DNA of 64,000 nucleotides from an uncultured virus (IMG/VR IMGVR_UViG_3300021400_001748) (lineage: Duplodnaviria; Heunggongvirae; Uroviricota; Caudoviricetes): IMG/VR virus record IMGVR_UViG_3300021400_001748, one strand, 5' to 3'. Below the pieces are notes generated by a model. That model had not been told where the DNA came from. It saw only the letters and a program-made list of their open reading frames with translations, and did not search any database. Both the position numbers and the translations under genes were made by a program. How positions within the stretch are numbered: position 1 is the stretch's first letter; every line of letters begins with the position of its first letter. Of the stretch, positions 55,756 to 64,000 are shown in pieces.

Positions 55756-57657
55756 ATGAGCGAACATTACGATTTTTGTGGCTATGCTACAAAGAACGAC
55801 CTTTTATGCTCAGACGGTAGAACCATTCGCCGTGATGCATTTAAGGCCTGTGATGGTGTAACTGTTCCTCTTGTTTGGAATCATCGTCATGATGACCCTG
55901 AAATGGTGCTTGGACATGCGCTACTTCAGAATCGTCCTGATGGTGTTTATATGTACGGCAAATTCAATGATACCGAAAAAGGACAGGCTTGCAAAAAGAT
56001 CCTTGAGAATAAAGATCTCAGGGGTCTTTCTATTTGGGCAAATAACCTGAAACAGAAAGCAGGAGATGTCCTTCACGGCGTAATTAGAGAAGTTAGTCTT
56101 GTTCTTTCAGGAGCTAATCCTGGAGCACTTATTGACTTCTCTCTTTCCCATGCCGACGAAGCTGATGACGAAGTATATGTATACCTTGTAGGTGAAGAGT
56201 ATACGGAGCTTCAGCACGGTGACATTGAATTTAAAGAATTTTCGCCGGAACCTGAAACCAAAGTAGAGGAACCTGTCGTGGATGAGAAGGCTGCTGAAAC
56301 TCTTGTCCATGCTGAAGAAAAGAAGGAGAAAGACATGGCAGAAGAGAAGAAAGAGCCGAAGGAAGAAGTAAAAGAAGAAAAGAAAGAAGAGGGAAAGACT
56401 GTAGAAGATGTCTTTAATACCCTTACTGAAGAACAGAAGACTGCTGTATATGCACTGATCGCAGCCATCACAGAAGATGATGACGATGAAGACGAGGAGG
56501 ACGAAGAAGTGAAACATAATGCATTCGAAGTAGAAAACAACCGGGAATACCTGAGCCATGCTGACATGGAGACGATCTTTAATGACGCTAAGAGAATTGG
56601 ATCTCTGAAAGAAGCAGTTCGCCAGCACACAGAAGATGGCGTACTTGCTCATTCCGTAACGGGACCGGATGACTATGGTGTGTCTAGAGGCGCAGCACCT
56701 ACAGCTACAAATGTAGATAAGTATGGTATGTATGATCCTGATATGCTGTTCCCGGAATACAAGAGCCTGGATCCGACTCCGCAGTGGATTAAGAGAGACA
56801 CTGACTGGGTTGATGACTTTATGGCATCTGTTAAGCATACTCCGTTCGCCCGGATCAAAACTTTAATGGCTGACATCACTGAAGATGATGCTCGTGCTCT
56901 GGGTTACATCAAAGGCAACCTTAAGAAAGAGGAGTTCTTCAGCCTGATTAAGAGAACGACCGATCCGCAGACCGTATACAAGAAACAGAAAATGGATCGC
57001 GATGATATCGTTGATATTACAGATTTCGATGTTGTTGCCTGGATCAAAGGCGAAATGAGAATCATGCTGAATGAAGAAATCGCTCGTGCTGCACTTCTTG
57101 GTGATGGCAGATCTGCTGCTTCTTCTGACAAGATTTCTGAATCTCATATTAGACCGATCGCTACAGACTCTGATCTGTTTTCTGTTAAGGTCCCGGTTAC
57201 TGTTGGCCAGACCGATGATGCTACAGCTAAGAACTTCATTCGTGCTGCTATCAAAGCTCGTAAAGATTACAAAGGCTCTGGCAACCCGGTTCTGTACACA
57301 ACCGATACCATGCTTGCAGACATCCTGCTGATCGAGGATGGTCTTGGACATCTTCTGTATGCGAATGAAGGACAGCTTATGACTGCTCTTCGTGTTCGTA
57401 AGATCGTAACTGTTCCGGTTATGGAAGGTGCTACTATTCCGATCACTGTTGAGTCCACGACTTCCAACAAAGATCTGATGGGCATCATCGTGAATCCGCA
57501 GGACTACACTCTTGGCGCCGACAAGGGCGGAGCTGTATCCATGTTCGATGATTTCGATATCGACTACAACCAGCAGAAATACCTGATTGAGACAAGAGTA
57601 TCTGGTGCACTCGTGAAGGCTCATTCCGCTCTGGTTCTGTACAGGAACGCTGCCTGA
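55756..57657 (+). CDS. prohead protease-scaffold-major capsid polyprotein
   Basis: HK97 protease motifs (VPLVWNH, GLSI, EVSLVLSGANPGA), acidic linker and HK97-type capsid C-terminus. Confidence 0.88.
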   Translation: MSEHYDFCGYATKNDLLCSDGRTIRRDAFKACDGVTVPLVWNHRHDDPEMVLGHALLQNRPDGVYMYGKFNDTEKGQACKKILENKDLRGLSIWANNLKQKAGDVLHGVIREVSLVLSGANPGALIDFSLSHADEADDEVYVYLVGEEYTELQHGDIEFKEFSPEPETKVEEPVVDEKAAETLVHAEEKKEKDMAEEKKEPKEEVKEEKKEEGKTVEDVFNTLTEEQKTAVYALIAAITEDDDDEDEEDEEVKHNAFEVENNREYLSHADMETIFNDAKRIGSLKEAVRQHTEDGVLAHSVTGPDDYGVSRGAAPTATNVDKYGMYDPDMLFPEYKSLDPTPQWIKRDTDWVDDFMASVKHTPFARIKTLMADITEDDARALGYIKGNLKKEEFFSLIKRTTDPQTVYKKQKMDRDDIVDITDFDVVAWIKGEMRIMLNEEIARAALLGDGRSAASSDKISESHIRPIATDSDLFSVKVPVTVGQTDDATAKNFIRAAIKARKDYKGSGNPVLYTTDTMLADILLIEDGLGHLLYANEGQLMTALRVRKIVTVPVMEGATIPITVESTTSNKDLMGIIVNPQDYTLGADKGGAVSMFDDFDIDYNQQKYLIETRVSGALVKAHSALVLYRNAA

Positions 57658-57699
57658 TCGATTTAACAACTAATCTTCAAAATGCGAGGAAATTGAATA

Positions 57700-58029
57700 A
57701 TGAGTAAGTATTATGTAACTGTTGGCTATGCTGAACAGATTGAAACTGCTCCTGACGTATGGCAAGAACAGATAACTGAAAAGAACTATCAGGGTGAAGC
57801 ATTAAGGCTCACTAGAAGATGGCAGGGAACTGAGCATCTAAACGATAGTCTTGTCGTGAATAATCGAATTAGCATAGTCGCAGATCCATATGCTTACAAG
57901 AATTTCCATTTGATTAGATATTGCACTTGGATGGGAGTGAAATGGAAAGTTACAAATGTTGAAGTAGCTTACCCAAGACTCCTTCTTGACTTGGGAGGTG
58001 TCTATAATGAGCAGAATGGATCTCAGTGA
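57700..58029 (+). CDS. head-tail adaptor/closure protein
   Basis: Position after the capsid gene; ISIVADPYA and KWKVTNVE motifs. Confidence 0.7.
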   Translation: MSKYYVTVGYAEQIETAPDVWQEQITEKNYQGEALRLTRRWQGTEHLNDSLVVNNRISIVADPYAYKNFHLIRYCTWMGVKWKVTNVEVAYPRLLLDLGGVYNEQNGSQ

Positions 58030-58306
58030 AAAGTTTCATGAGATTTGTAACAACGTTTATTATCAGCCACCTTCTGGGCATCAATTAAAGTATCCATGTA
58101 TTATTTATGAACGCAGAACTGGAGACACATTTTATGCAGACAATTTACCGTATGTGTTTCATATGTGCTATACGGTAACAGTAATAGACCCTGATCCTGA
58201 CAGTGAGATTCCTCTTGAAGTAGCTAAGCTTCCTTTCTGCAAGATGGATCGATGCTTTACTGCTGACAACTTGAATCACTCTGTTTTTATTATGTATGAT
58301 GATTAA
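58007..58306 (+). CDS. putative tail terminator/completion protein
   Basis: NVYYQPP..LKYPCIIY; position before the tail tube gene. Confidence 0.65.
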   Translation: MSRMDLSEKFHEICNNVYYQPPSGHQLKYPCIIYERRTGDTFYADNLPYVFHMCYTVTVIDPDPDSEIPLEVAKLPFCKMDRCFTADNLNHSVFIMYDD

Positions 58307-58323
58307 TTTTAGGAGGAAATAAT

Positions 58324-58992
58324 ATGCCTACTTATGCTCCGCTTGTATGGGATGACACAGGAAAGAAAATTTTCGAGACTGGTACTAAGAAAGGTGTTCT
58401 GTATGTAATGGACGCTAATGGCCAGTACGGTGATGGCGTTGCCTGGAATGGTCTTACTGCTGTTACAGAGTCTAACTCTGGTGCAGAAGAGACTGCTCTG
58501 TGGGCAGACGACATTAAATATGCTTCTATGAGATCTGCTGAGGAATTCGGTGCTACGATCGAGGCTTATCAGTGTCCGCACGAATTCTATGTATGTGATG
58601 GCTCTGCCGATCTTGGAACTGGTGTGACGATCAATCAGCAGGACAGAAGATCATTTGGATTCAGTTATGTAACTACGATCGGTAATGATGTAATGGGAAC
58701 CGGTTATGGCTATAAGATCCATCTGATTTATGGCTGCTCTGCTTCCCCGTCTGAAAGAGCTTACCAGACTATCAATGATAGCCCTGATGCTATTACTCTT
58801 TCCTGGGAAGTTACGACTACTCCGACTAATGTGACTGGACATAAGCCAACTGCTCATCTGATTATTGATTCTACCCTTGTGAATTCTACCGCTCTTGGCA
58901 AAATTGAGAAGCAGCTGTATGGCTCGAATGAAAATGCTCCTACTCTGCTCCTTCCGGATCAGGTCAAGGGCATTCTGGATGAGAATCCGTGA
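58324..58992 (+). CDS. major tail tube protein
   Basis: GVAWNGLTAVTE, WADDIKY and LLLPDQV motifs. Confidence 0.85.
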   Translation: MPTYAPLVWDDTGKKIFETGTKKGVLYVMDANGQYGDGVAWNGLTAVTESNSGAEETALWADDIKYASMRSAEEFGATIEAYQCPHEFYVCDGSADLGTGVTINQQDRRSFGFSYVTTIGNDVMGTGYGYKIHLIYGCSASPSERAYQTINDSPDAITLSWEVTTTPTNVTGHKPTAHLIIDSTLVNSTALGKIEKQLYGSNENAPTLLLPDQVKGILDENP

Positions 58993-59010
58993 TAAAGCTT
59001 AGCTAAAAAT

Positions 59011-59044
59011 ATAGGGGGTGCTATTTACGGCATCCCCTATTTTA
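59011..59044 (+). terminator. intrinsic terminator after the tail tube gene
   Basis: ATAGGGGGTGC...GCATCCCCTAT followed by TTT. Confidence 0.7.
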
Positions 59045-59085
59045 TGTTATAATCTTTCAAAATGACAGACTTTGGAGGGATTGCC

Positions 59086-59526
59086 ATGAAGATTATAGAC
59101 ATAAAATGTCCTAAGTGCGGTGGAGAGCTGCATATAGGAGAAGGTAGAAAAGATTGTTTCTGTGAGTATTGTGGATCGCATTTGTTCTTTGAGGACGATG
59201 AAGGCGACAGAACAATAACCAATATTACTATCATCAGGGACGAAGCAAAGATCAAAGATGCAGAAGCCAGAATGAAACGAGAAGAAGTTCTGGATAAAGG
59301 TCTCGACATTATAAAGAATCATAGAGACTTTAGAGAGACTATAAAAGCTATTGAAACATTTGCTGTGATACTGTTTGTCTTTACAAGTCGTGCGTTTAGT
59401 GGACCTTTAACAATTATACGTGACTTATTGTTCGCCATAGTTGTTGGACTTGGAATCTACTTGTACTTCACGAGAAATAAAAGCAGTAACGAAGATGCTG
59501 ATAGTAAAAAGAAGAAACGAAGATAG
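59086..59526 (+). CDS. moron-like zinc-ribbon plus two-TM protein
   Basis: CPKCGG..CEYCG; two TM segments; extended -10 TGTTATAAT at 59045; downstream terminator at 59531. Confidence 0.75.
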   Translation: MKIIDIKCPKCGGELHIGEGRKDCFCEYCGSHLFFEDDEGDRTITNITIIRDEAKIKDAEARMKREEVLDKGLDIIKNHRDFRETIKAIETFAVILFVFTSRAFSGPLTIIRDLLFAIVVGLGIYLYFTRNKSSNEDADSKKKKRR

Positions 59527-59584
59527 CATTTAAGACTTCAGAGAAATCTGAGGTCTTTTTTTATTTGAGAGAGGAGATCATACT

Positions 59585-60019
59585 ATGTTTAAGATTCCGA
59601 TTACTTATGTCGGTTTTGATGGAAAAGAGAAAACGAGGGATTTCTATTTCAATCTTACTAAAGGTGAGATTGCGGAAATTCATCTTGCACTTCCTGGCGG
59701 ATTCGACGGGTTCCTTGATAGGCTTAACGATGAACCGGACGTTGCAGATATCGTGAATGTATTTAAGCAGCTGATTCTTAAATCATATGGAAAAAGAACA
59801 GCTGAGAATAAATTTATCAAATCTAAAGAGATCTCTGAGGAGTTTGCAGCAACTGATGCATACTCTGAGCTGTTTCTTAAGTTTATTGATAACGAAGATG
59901 ACTTTGTAAATAAATTCCTGGAAGGGGCTATTAATGCTCCAGTTGGAACTATCAATAAGATCCTTGAGGAGAATCCAAAGCTCAAGGAGACTGCTGATCT
60001 GGTTCCAAGTGAATTTTAA
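59585..60019 (+). CDS. tail assembly chaperone
   Basis: Position; FYFNLTKGE and AYSELF motifs. Confidence 0.7.
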   Translation: MFKIPITYVGFDGKEKTRDFYFNLTKGEIAEIHLALPGGFDGFLDRLNDEPDVADIVNVFKQLILKSYGKRTAENKFIKSKEISEEFAATDAYSELFLKFIDNEDDFVNKFLEGAINAPVGTINKILEENPKLKETADLVPSEF

Positions 60020-60034
60020 ATAGAGGTGACATAG

Positions 60035-60577
60035 ATGCCAATGCGACTAACAATCCCTGCCAGAGACGATCTGTGGGACGAGTCAACTGGCATGTTTGTC
60101 TCAATGAAAGAGCAGACTTTGGTGCTTGAACACTCTTTGCTCTCTTTATCAAAATGGGAGAGAAAATGGAAAAAACCGTTTTTGTCGACAGAGGATAAGT
60201 CAGCTGAAGAATGGCTTGATTACTTTAGATGCATGACACTAAATCAGGTAAACCCTTTAGTCTATGATTTTTTGTCAGCAAAAGATATGGAGCAGATTAT
60301 TGAATACATAAGTGATCCAATGACTGCTACAACTATTACGGATGTTAGTGCTTCAAATGGAAAACGAGAGATAGTAACAAGTGAAATTATTTATTACAAC
60401 ATGATTTCATATGGAATACCGATTGAAATGGAGAAATGGCATCTTAATACCTTGATAACGCTGATAAGAGTATTCTCGATTAAAGGCGGCAACACTAAAA
60501 AGATGTCAAGATCTGAAGCTGCTGCTTTCCAAAGAAACATTAACGAAAGTAGACTCGCTAAGAATCGCAGGAGGTGA
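60035..60577 (+). CDS. putative second tail assembly chaperone
   Basis: Position; LEHSLLSLSKWE..KPFL and WHLNTL motifs. Confidence 0.6.
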   Translation: MPMRLTIPARDDLWDESTGMFVSMKEQTLVLEHSLLSLSKWERKWKKPFLSTEDKSAEEWLDYFRCMTLNQVNPLVYDFLSAKDMEQIIEYISDPMTATTITDVSASNGKREIVTSEIIYYNMISYGIPIEMEKWHLNTLITLIRVFSIKGGNTKKMSRSEAAAFQRNINESRLAKNRRR

Positions 60578-60582
60578 ATCTT

Positions 60583-60966
60583 ATGTCTATGATAACCATC
60601 TCACAGCGAGGGGACTTTTCAAAGACATTAAGATTCTTGCGAAAGCTTAGAGATAAGAAATTTGCAGAGAAATTAGACAAGTATGGACAACTTGGAGTAG
60701 ACGCTTTGAGAGAAGCAACTCCTAGGAGAAGCGGAAAGACTGCCGAATCATGGACTTATCAAGTTGAGGTATCGGGATCTTCAGCTACTATATACTGGTC
60801 TAATACAAACCAGAATGGATACTTTAACGTTGCTGTTGGTATTCAGTATGGTCATGGCACCAGAAATGGTGGATATGTTCAGGGCATAGACTACATTAAT
60901 CCAGCTATGAGGCCAATATTTGAACAGATAGCAAATGAAATTTGGGCGGAGGTGATTTCGGATTGA
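60583..60966 (+). CDS. HK97 gp10-like neck/tail component
   Basis: TPRRSGKTAESW and QYGHGTRNGGYVQG motifs. Confidence 0.75.
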   Translation: MSMITISQRGDFSKTLRFLRKLRDKKFAEKLDKYGQLGVDALREATPRRSGKTAESWTYQVEVSGSSATIYWSNTNQNGYFNVAVGIQYGHGTRNGGYVQGIDYINPAMRPIFEQIANEIWAEVISD

Positions 60967-63900
60967 GTAACGTTGATGAAAGAATCGTCGAGATGAAATT
61001 CGAGAATCATCTCTTTGAAAAGAACGTAAATACTTCTATTGGAACTCTTGAAAAGCTTAAGAATGCACTTAAGTTTAACGGAGTTGATAAGAATTTAGCT
61101 GATCTTGATAAGTCTGTTAATTCAATGGACTTTTCGAAATTAGCGGCAGGAGTTGACGCTCTTAATAAACGATTCTCAACCATGGGAATCGTAGGCATGA
61201 CAGTTATTCAGGACTTAACTCGAGCTGCTGAGAATTTAGCTCATAAGATGGCCTTTGGTCTATTTAATCAGATGAAGACTGGTGGCTGGTCTAGAGCTAC
61301 TAATATTGATCAAGCTAAATTTCAGCTTGAAGGTCTTGGCGTAGCATGGAACGATATTGTAGCAGATATCGAATATGGTGTAAACGATACTGCGTACGGA
61401 CTTGATTCAGCAGCTAAAGTCGCATCACAGCTTGTAGCATCTGGTATCACAATAGGTGATAATATGCAAGCTGCACTTCGAGGTGTATCAGGCGTCGCTG
61501 CTATGACTAATTCATCGTACGATGAGATTGGAGCTATATTTACTACTGTTGCAGGTCAAGGCAAGCTTATGACCATGCAGCTCAGGCAGCTTGAATCGAG
61601 AGGTCTTAACGTTGCTGCTAACTTAGGAAAAGCATCTGGCAAACTTGCTGGCAAAACAGAGTCTGAGATTCGTGACATGGTAACGAAAGGCAAAATCGAT
61701 TTTCAGACCTTTGCTGACGCTATGAATGAGGTATTTGGTCCTCAGGCAAAGAAAGCAAATGAAACATTCGAGGGTTCGCTTGCTAACATGAAATCAGCTC
61801 TTTCCAGAATTGGTGCTGAATTTGCAACACCGATTAGAAAGAACATGATTCCTATTTTTAATAAATTAAGAGAAATCTTTAATGATATTAAAAAACAGAA
61901 ACTCGGACAGGTTTTTAAAGACTTCGAATCATTTGCTTTTAAAATGTCCAAGTTTGCATATGGCGTATTGGACACACTTCATAAAAACCTTGGGTTCGTT
62001 GACACATTAGCCGGAGGAATTCATTCTATATGGATCTGGTTCGACGAACTTATGCAAGGCGTTTCTCCGGTATGGAAATTCTTTACAAAAGCTGAAGAAA
62101 AGGCTGAGGTTGCGGCTACTGCGATCAGCAAAGTAGGCCTTACTCTTGAAGTTGTTGAGGATCTTGCTCAGAGAGTATTAGCTGGTGAGTTCGGGAATGA
62201 ACAGGCCAGATGGGATGCCATTGATGAGCTTACAGGAATTGAAAATGCAGGTCTTGCTGTTCAGAACAGAGTAAATGAATTACTAAATTGTTCTAAAAGA
62301 TATTCTGAAGCTGCTGAAATAGTTGAAGATTCAACAGCAAAAGAACAAGAGGCTTTAGAAAAAGCCGGAGAGTCTATAAAAGACTATGCCGAAGCCCAGG
62401 ATGAAATTCAGACTACTGCGCAAAGCATGATAGAGACTCTTAAGAAAGCTTTTAGTGAAATCGATCAAGCCGCAATATTTGAATGGGCTGCAACTGTTAT
62501 TGGCGGATTCAGAGCTGCTTTGACTATTCTTGGAAGAACTGTTATGGCAGTTGCTGCCGGAGCATTAGAGCCGCTCATTGAGATCGGTAAAACTATAGCT
62601 GGCGTATTCGGCAAAGTAACAGCAACAATTGCCGAATGGATCATGGATTTTAGCAAGTATATGAAAGAGTCAGGTGGCTATGCAAAGATCCAGACCGTTA
62701 CTAACAAAGTATTCAAAACATTTTCTTCTATATTAAAAGGCACAGTAAAAGTCGGATCAAAAGTATTTGATATTCTTGGGAACACTATAGGAAAAGTTGG
62801 AAGTATAATTGATCAAGCTAAGTTCCGTTTCCAGGTGTTCATGGAGCTTTTAAAGAATACAGAAGGATACAAACGACTTACTGAAGCGTTTGATAATATT
62901 GGATCTAAATTAACAGAATTAAAAGATAATGCATTCTCCAAAATTCAGGATGCTTTAAACAGATTTATGGAAACGGATGTTGAGCTTCCTAAAATTAATC
63001 TTATGGATCTTGCCAATTCTGTAAGCGACGGAATTGTCTGGATGCTTGATAAAATTAATGAGCTCAAGACATCGATCCTTGATTTCTACAATACGAATAT
63101 CATTGGTGAAGGCGGCTTGATGGAGAAGCTTCAGAACTTCTTCTCGAGTGAGAATCTTCAAGCTGGCATTCAGAATTTCATTGAACTTATCAACGAAGCA
63201 AGAGAAGCTATTGTTAAATTCTTTACTGGAACATCCGGAGCAGAAGGAGAAGCTGGAGAAACCACTAGCGGATTACAGAAGTTCTTGGATGACGTTAACC
63301 GGATATTTGAACAGATTAAGCAAACAGTAGTTGATCTTGTAAGCGGCGGTGTCGAAGACTTTAATGAATTCGTGAATAGAATCAAAGAGTCCATACCCTC
63401 GCTTGATGAAGTTGTAAAGAAGATAATGCATATCGTTGGTGAAATTACTGCTATAAACTTCATCAGGGCTGTGAACGGTATAATGACTTCTATTAGTCAT
63501 ATTTCCGGAATCCTTAGAAATGTAAAAGGAGCTATCGGATCGTTTAAATGGTTCTTTAGATCTTTGTCTTTAGCTGTTTCTGGCTTGGCACTACTTGAAA
63601 TTGCTGGTGCCATTGGTATATTAGCTTTGTCGTTTAAACTTCTCGGTTCTCTTTCTTGGGACCAGTTTAAAGTAGCTGCAGCGGCAATTATTGTTATAAC
63701 AGGCGCATTAGCTGTACTGTTTGCAGTTATTGGTCACTTTTCTGCTGGCAAAGGTGGAAAAGTTATAGAAACTCCGCTTCAGTCACTAACAGAAATGGTG
63801 AAAACTCTTTCTAGTACGATAAGTAAAGCCATGAAAGGCATAGGAAGAGCTGCAACGATAGCTGCATTCGCTTACGCTGTTAAGACTATTTACGACGTCA

Positions 63901-64000
63901 TCATGTCTGTTGTAGATATGCCATGGTACAAAGTAAAGACAGGCCTTAAACTTGTTGGGGCTATTCTGGCTGAAATAGTAATTGCTATGGCTGCACTTAA
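60963..64000 (+). CDS. tape measure protein (truncated by the window end)
   Basis: GGAGGTG RBS and TTG start, MSNVDERIVEMKF; long Ala/Gly-rich helical ORF that appears open to the window end. Confidence 0.88.
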   Translation, partial: MSNVDERIVEMKFENHLFEKNVNTSIGTLEKLKNALKFNGVDKNLADLDKSVNSMDFSKLAAGVDALNKRFSTMGIVGMTVIQDLTRAAENLAHKMAFGLFNQMKTGGWSRATNIDQAKFQLEGLGVAWNDIVADIEYGVNDTAYGLDSAAKVASQLVASGITIGDNMQAALRGVSGVAAMTNSSYDEIGAIFTTVAGQGKLMTMQLRQLESRGLNVAANLGKASGKLAGKTESEIRDMVTKGKIDFQTFADAMNEVFGPQAKKANETFEGSLANMKSALSRIGAEFATPIRKNMIPIFNKLREIFNDIKKQKLGQVFKDFESFAFKMSKFAYGVLDTLHKNLGFVDTLAGGIHSIWIWFDELMQGVSPVWKFFTKAEEKAEVAATAISKVGLTLEVVEDLAQRVLAGEFGNEQARWDAIDELTGIENAGLAVQNRVNELLNCSKRYSEAAEIVEDSTAKEQEALEKAGESIKDYAEAQDEIQTTAQSMIETLKKAFSEIDQAAIFEWAATVIGGFRAALTILGRTVMAVAAGALEPLIEIGKTIAGVFGKVTATIAEWIMDFSKYMKESGGYAKIQTVTNKVFKTFSSILKGTVKVGSKVFDILGNTIGKVGSIIDQAKFRFQVFMELLKNTEGYKRLTEAFDNIGSKLTELKDNAFSKIQDALNRFMETDVELPKINLMDLANSVSDGIVWMLDKINELKTSILDFYNTNIIGEGGLMEKLQNFFSSENLQAGIQNFIELINEAREAIVKFFTGTSGAEGEAGETTSGLQKFLDDVNRIFEQIKQTVVDLVSGGVEDFNEFVNRIKESIPSLDEVVKKIMHIVGEITAINFIRAVNGIMTSISHISGILRNVKGAIGSFKWFFRSLSLAVSGLALLEIAGAIGILALSFKLLGSLSWDQFKVAAAAIIVITGALAVLFAVIGHFSAGKGGKVIETPLQSLTEMVKTLSSTISKAMKGIGRAATIAAFAYAVKTIYDVIMSVVDMPWYKVKTGLKLVGAILAEIVIAMAAL

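Noticed and set aside
56107..57669. Long minus-strand ORFs (243 and 268 aa) and other minus-strand ORFs in the track
   Set aside because: They are antisense shadows of well-supported + strand genes, with no convincing RBS or recognisable motifs
60001..60037. Programmed frameshift between the tail chaperone genes
   Set aside because: Both ORFs are in the same frame, separated by two stops; the second has its own RBS and there is no canonical slippery heptamer
1..64000. Integrase, lysis genes, nrdD, reverse transcriptase
   Set aside because: None was recognised in the window; they may lie outside it, so lifestyle cannot be determined

Overview
This window holds most of the genome of an AT-rich, long-tailed (siphovirus-type) dsDNA phage. 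Essentially all genes are on the + strand with strong AAAGGAGG ribosome-binding sites, and the gene content (nrdG, formate/nitrite channel) suggests an anaerobic Bacillota host. Layout: (i) 0.1-12 kb is an array of small one-gene cassettes, each built as a repeated non-sigma70 motif (CGCAAWWWWTACA-N5-TATAATG), an RBS, a small ORF and a reused terminator hairpin; (ii) 12-36 kb holds accessory genes (DUF6353-like paralogs, Cys-rich proteins, nrdG, thyX, two glycosyltransferases, FNT channel, HicB-DUF3310 fusion); (iii) 36-46.5 kb has a candidate origin, a fused helicase-primase-DNA polymerase, SSB, SF2 helicase, VRR-NUC, an exonuclease and a 954-aa single-chain RNA-polymerase-like protein (DFDGD); (iv) a likely cos site at 46567-46575 is followed by packaging, head and tail genes, with the tape measure gene running off the end. 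The most notable candidate system is a self-contained phage transcription system. Its parts are the RNAP with built-in HTH domains, about 32 copies of a putative cognate promoter, a stand-alone small paralog of an RNAP segment, and a shared Leu-x-His motif linking the RNAP, three HHG-motif proteins and the capsid polyprotein (possible virion packaging and maturation signal). Several structured non-coding RNAs are also candidates. All assignments come from motifs read by eye; no searches were run.
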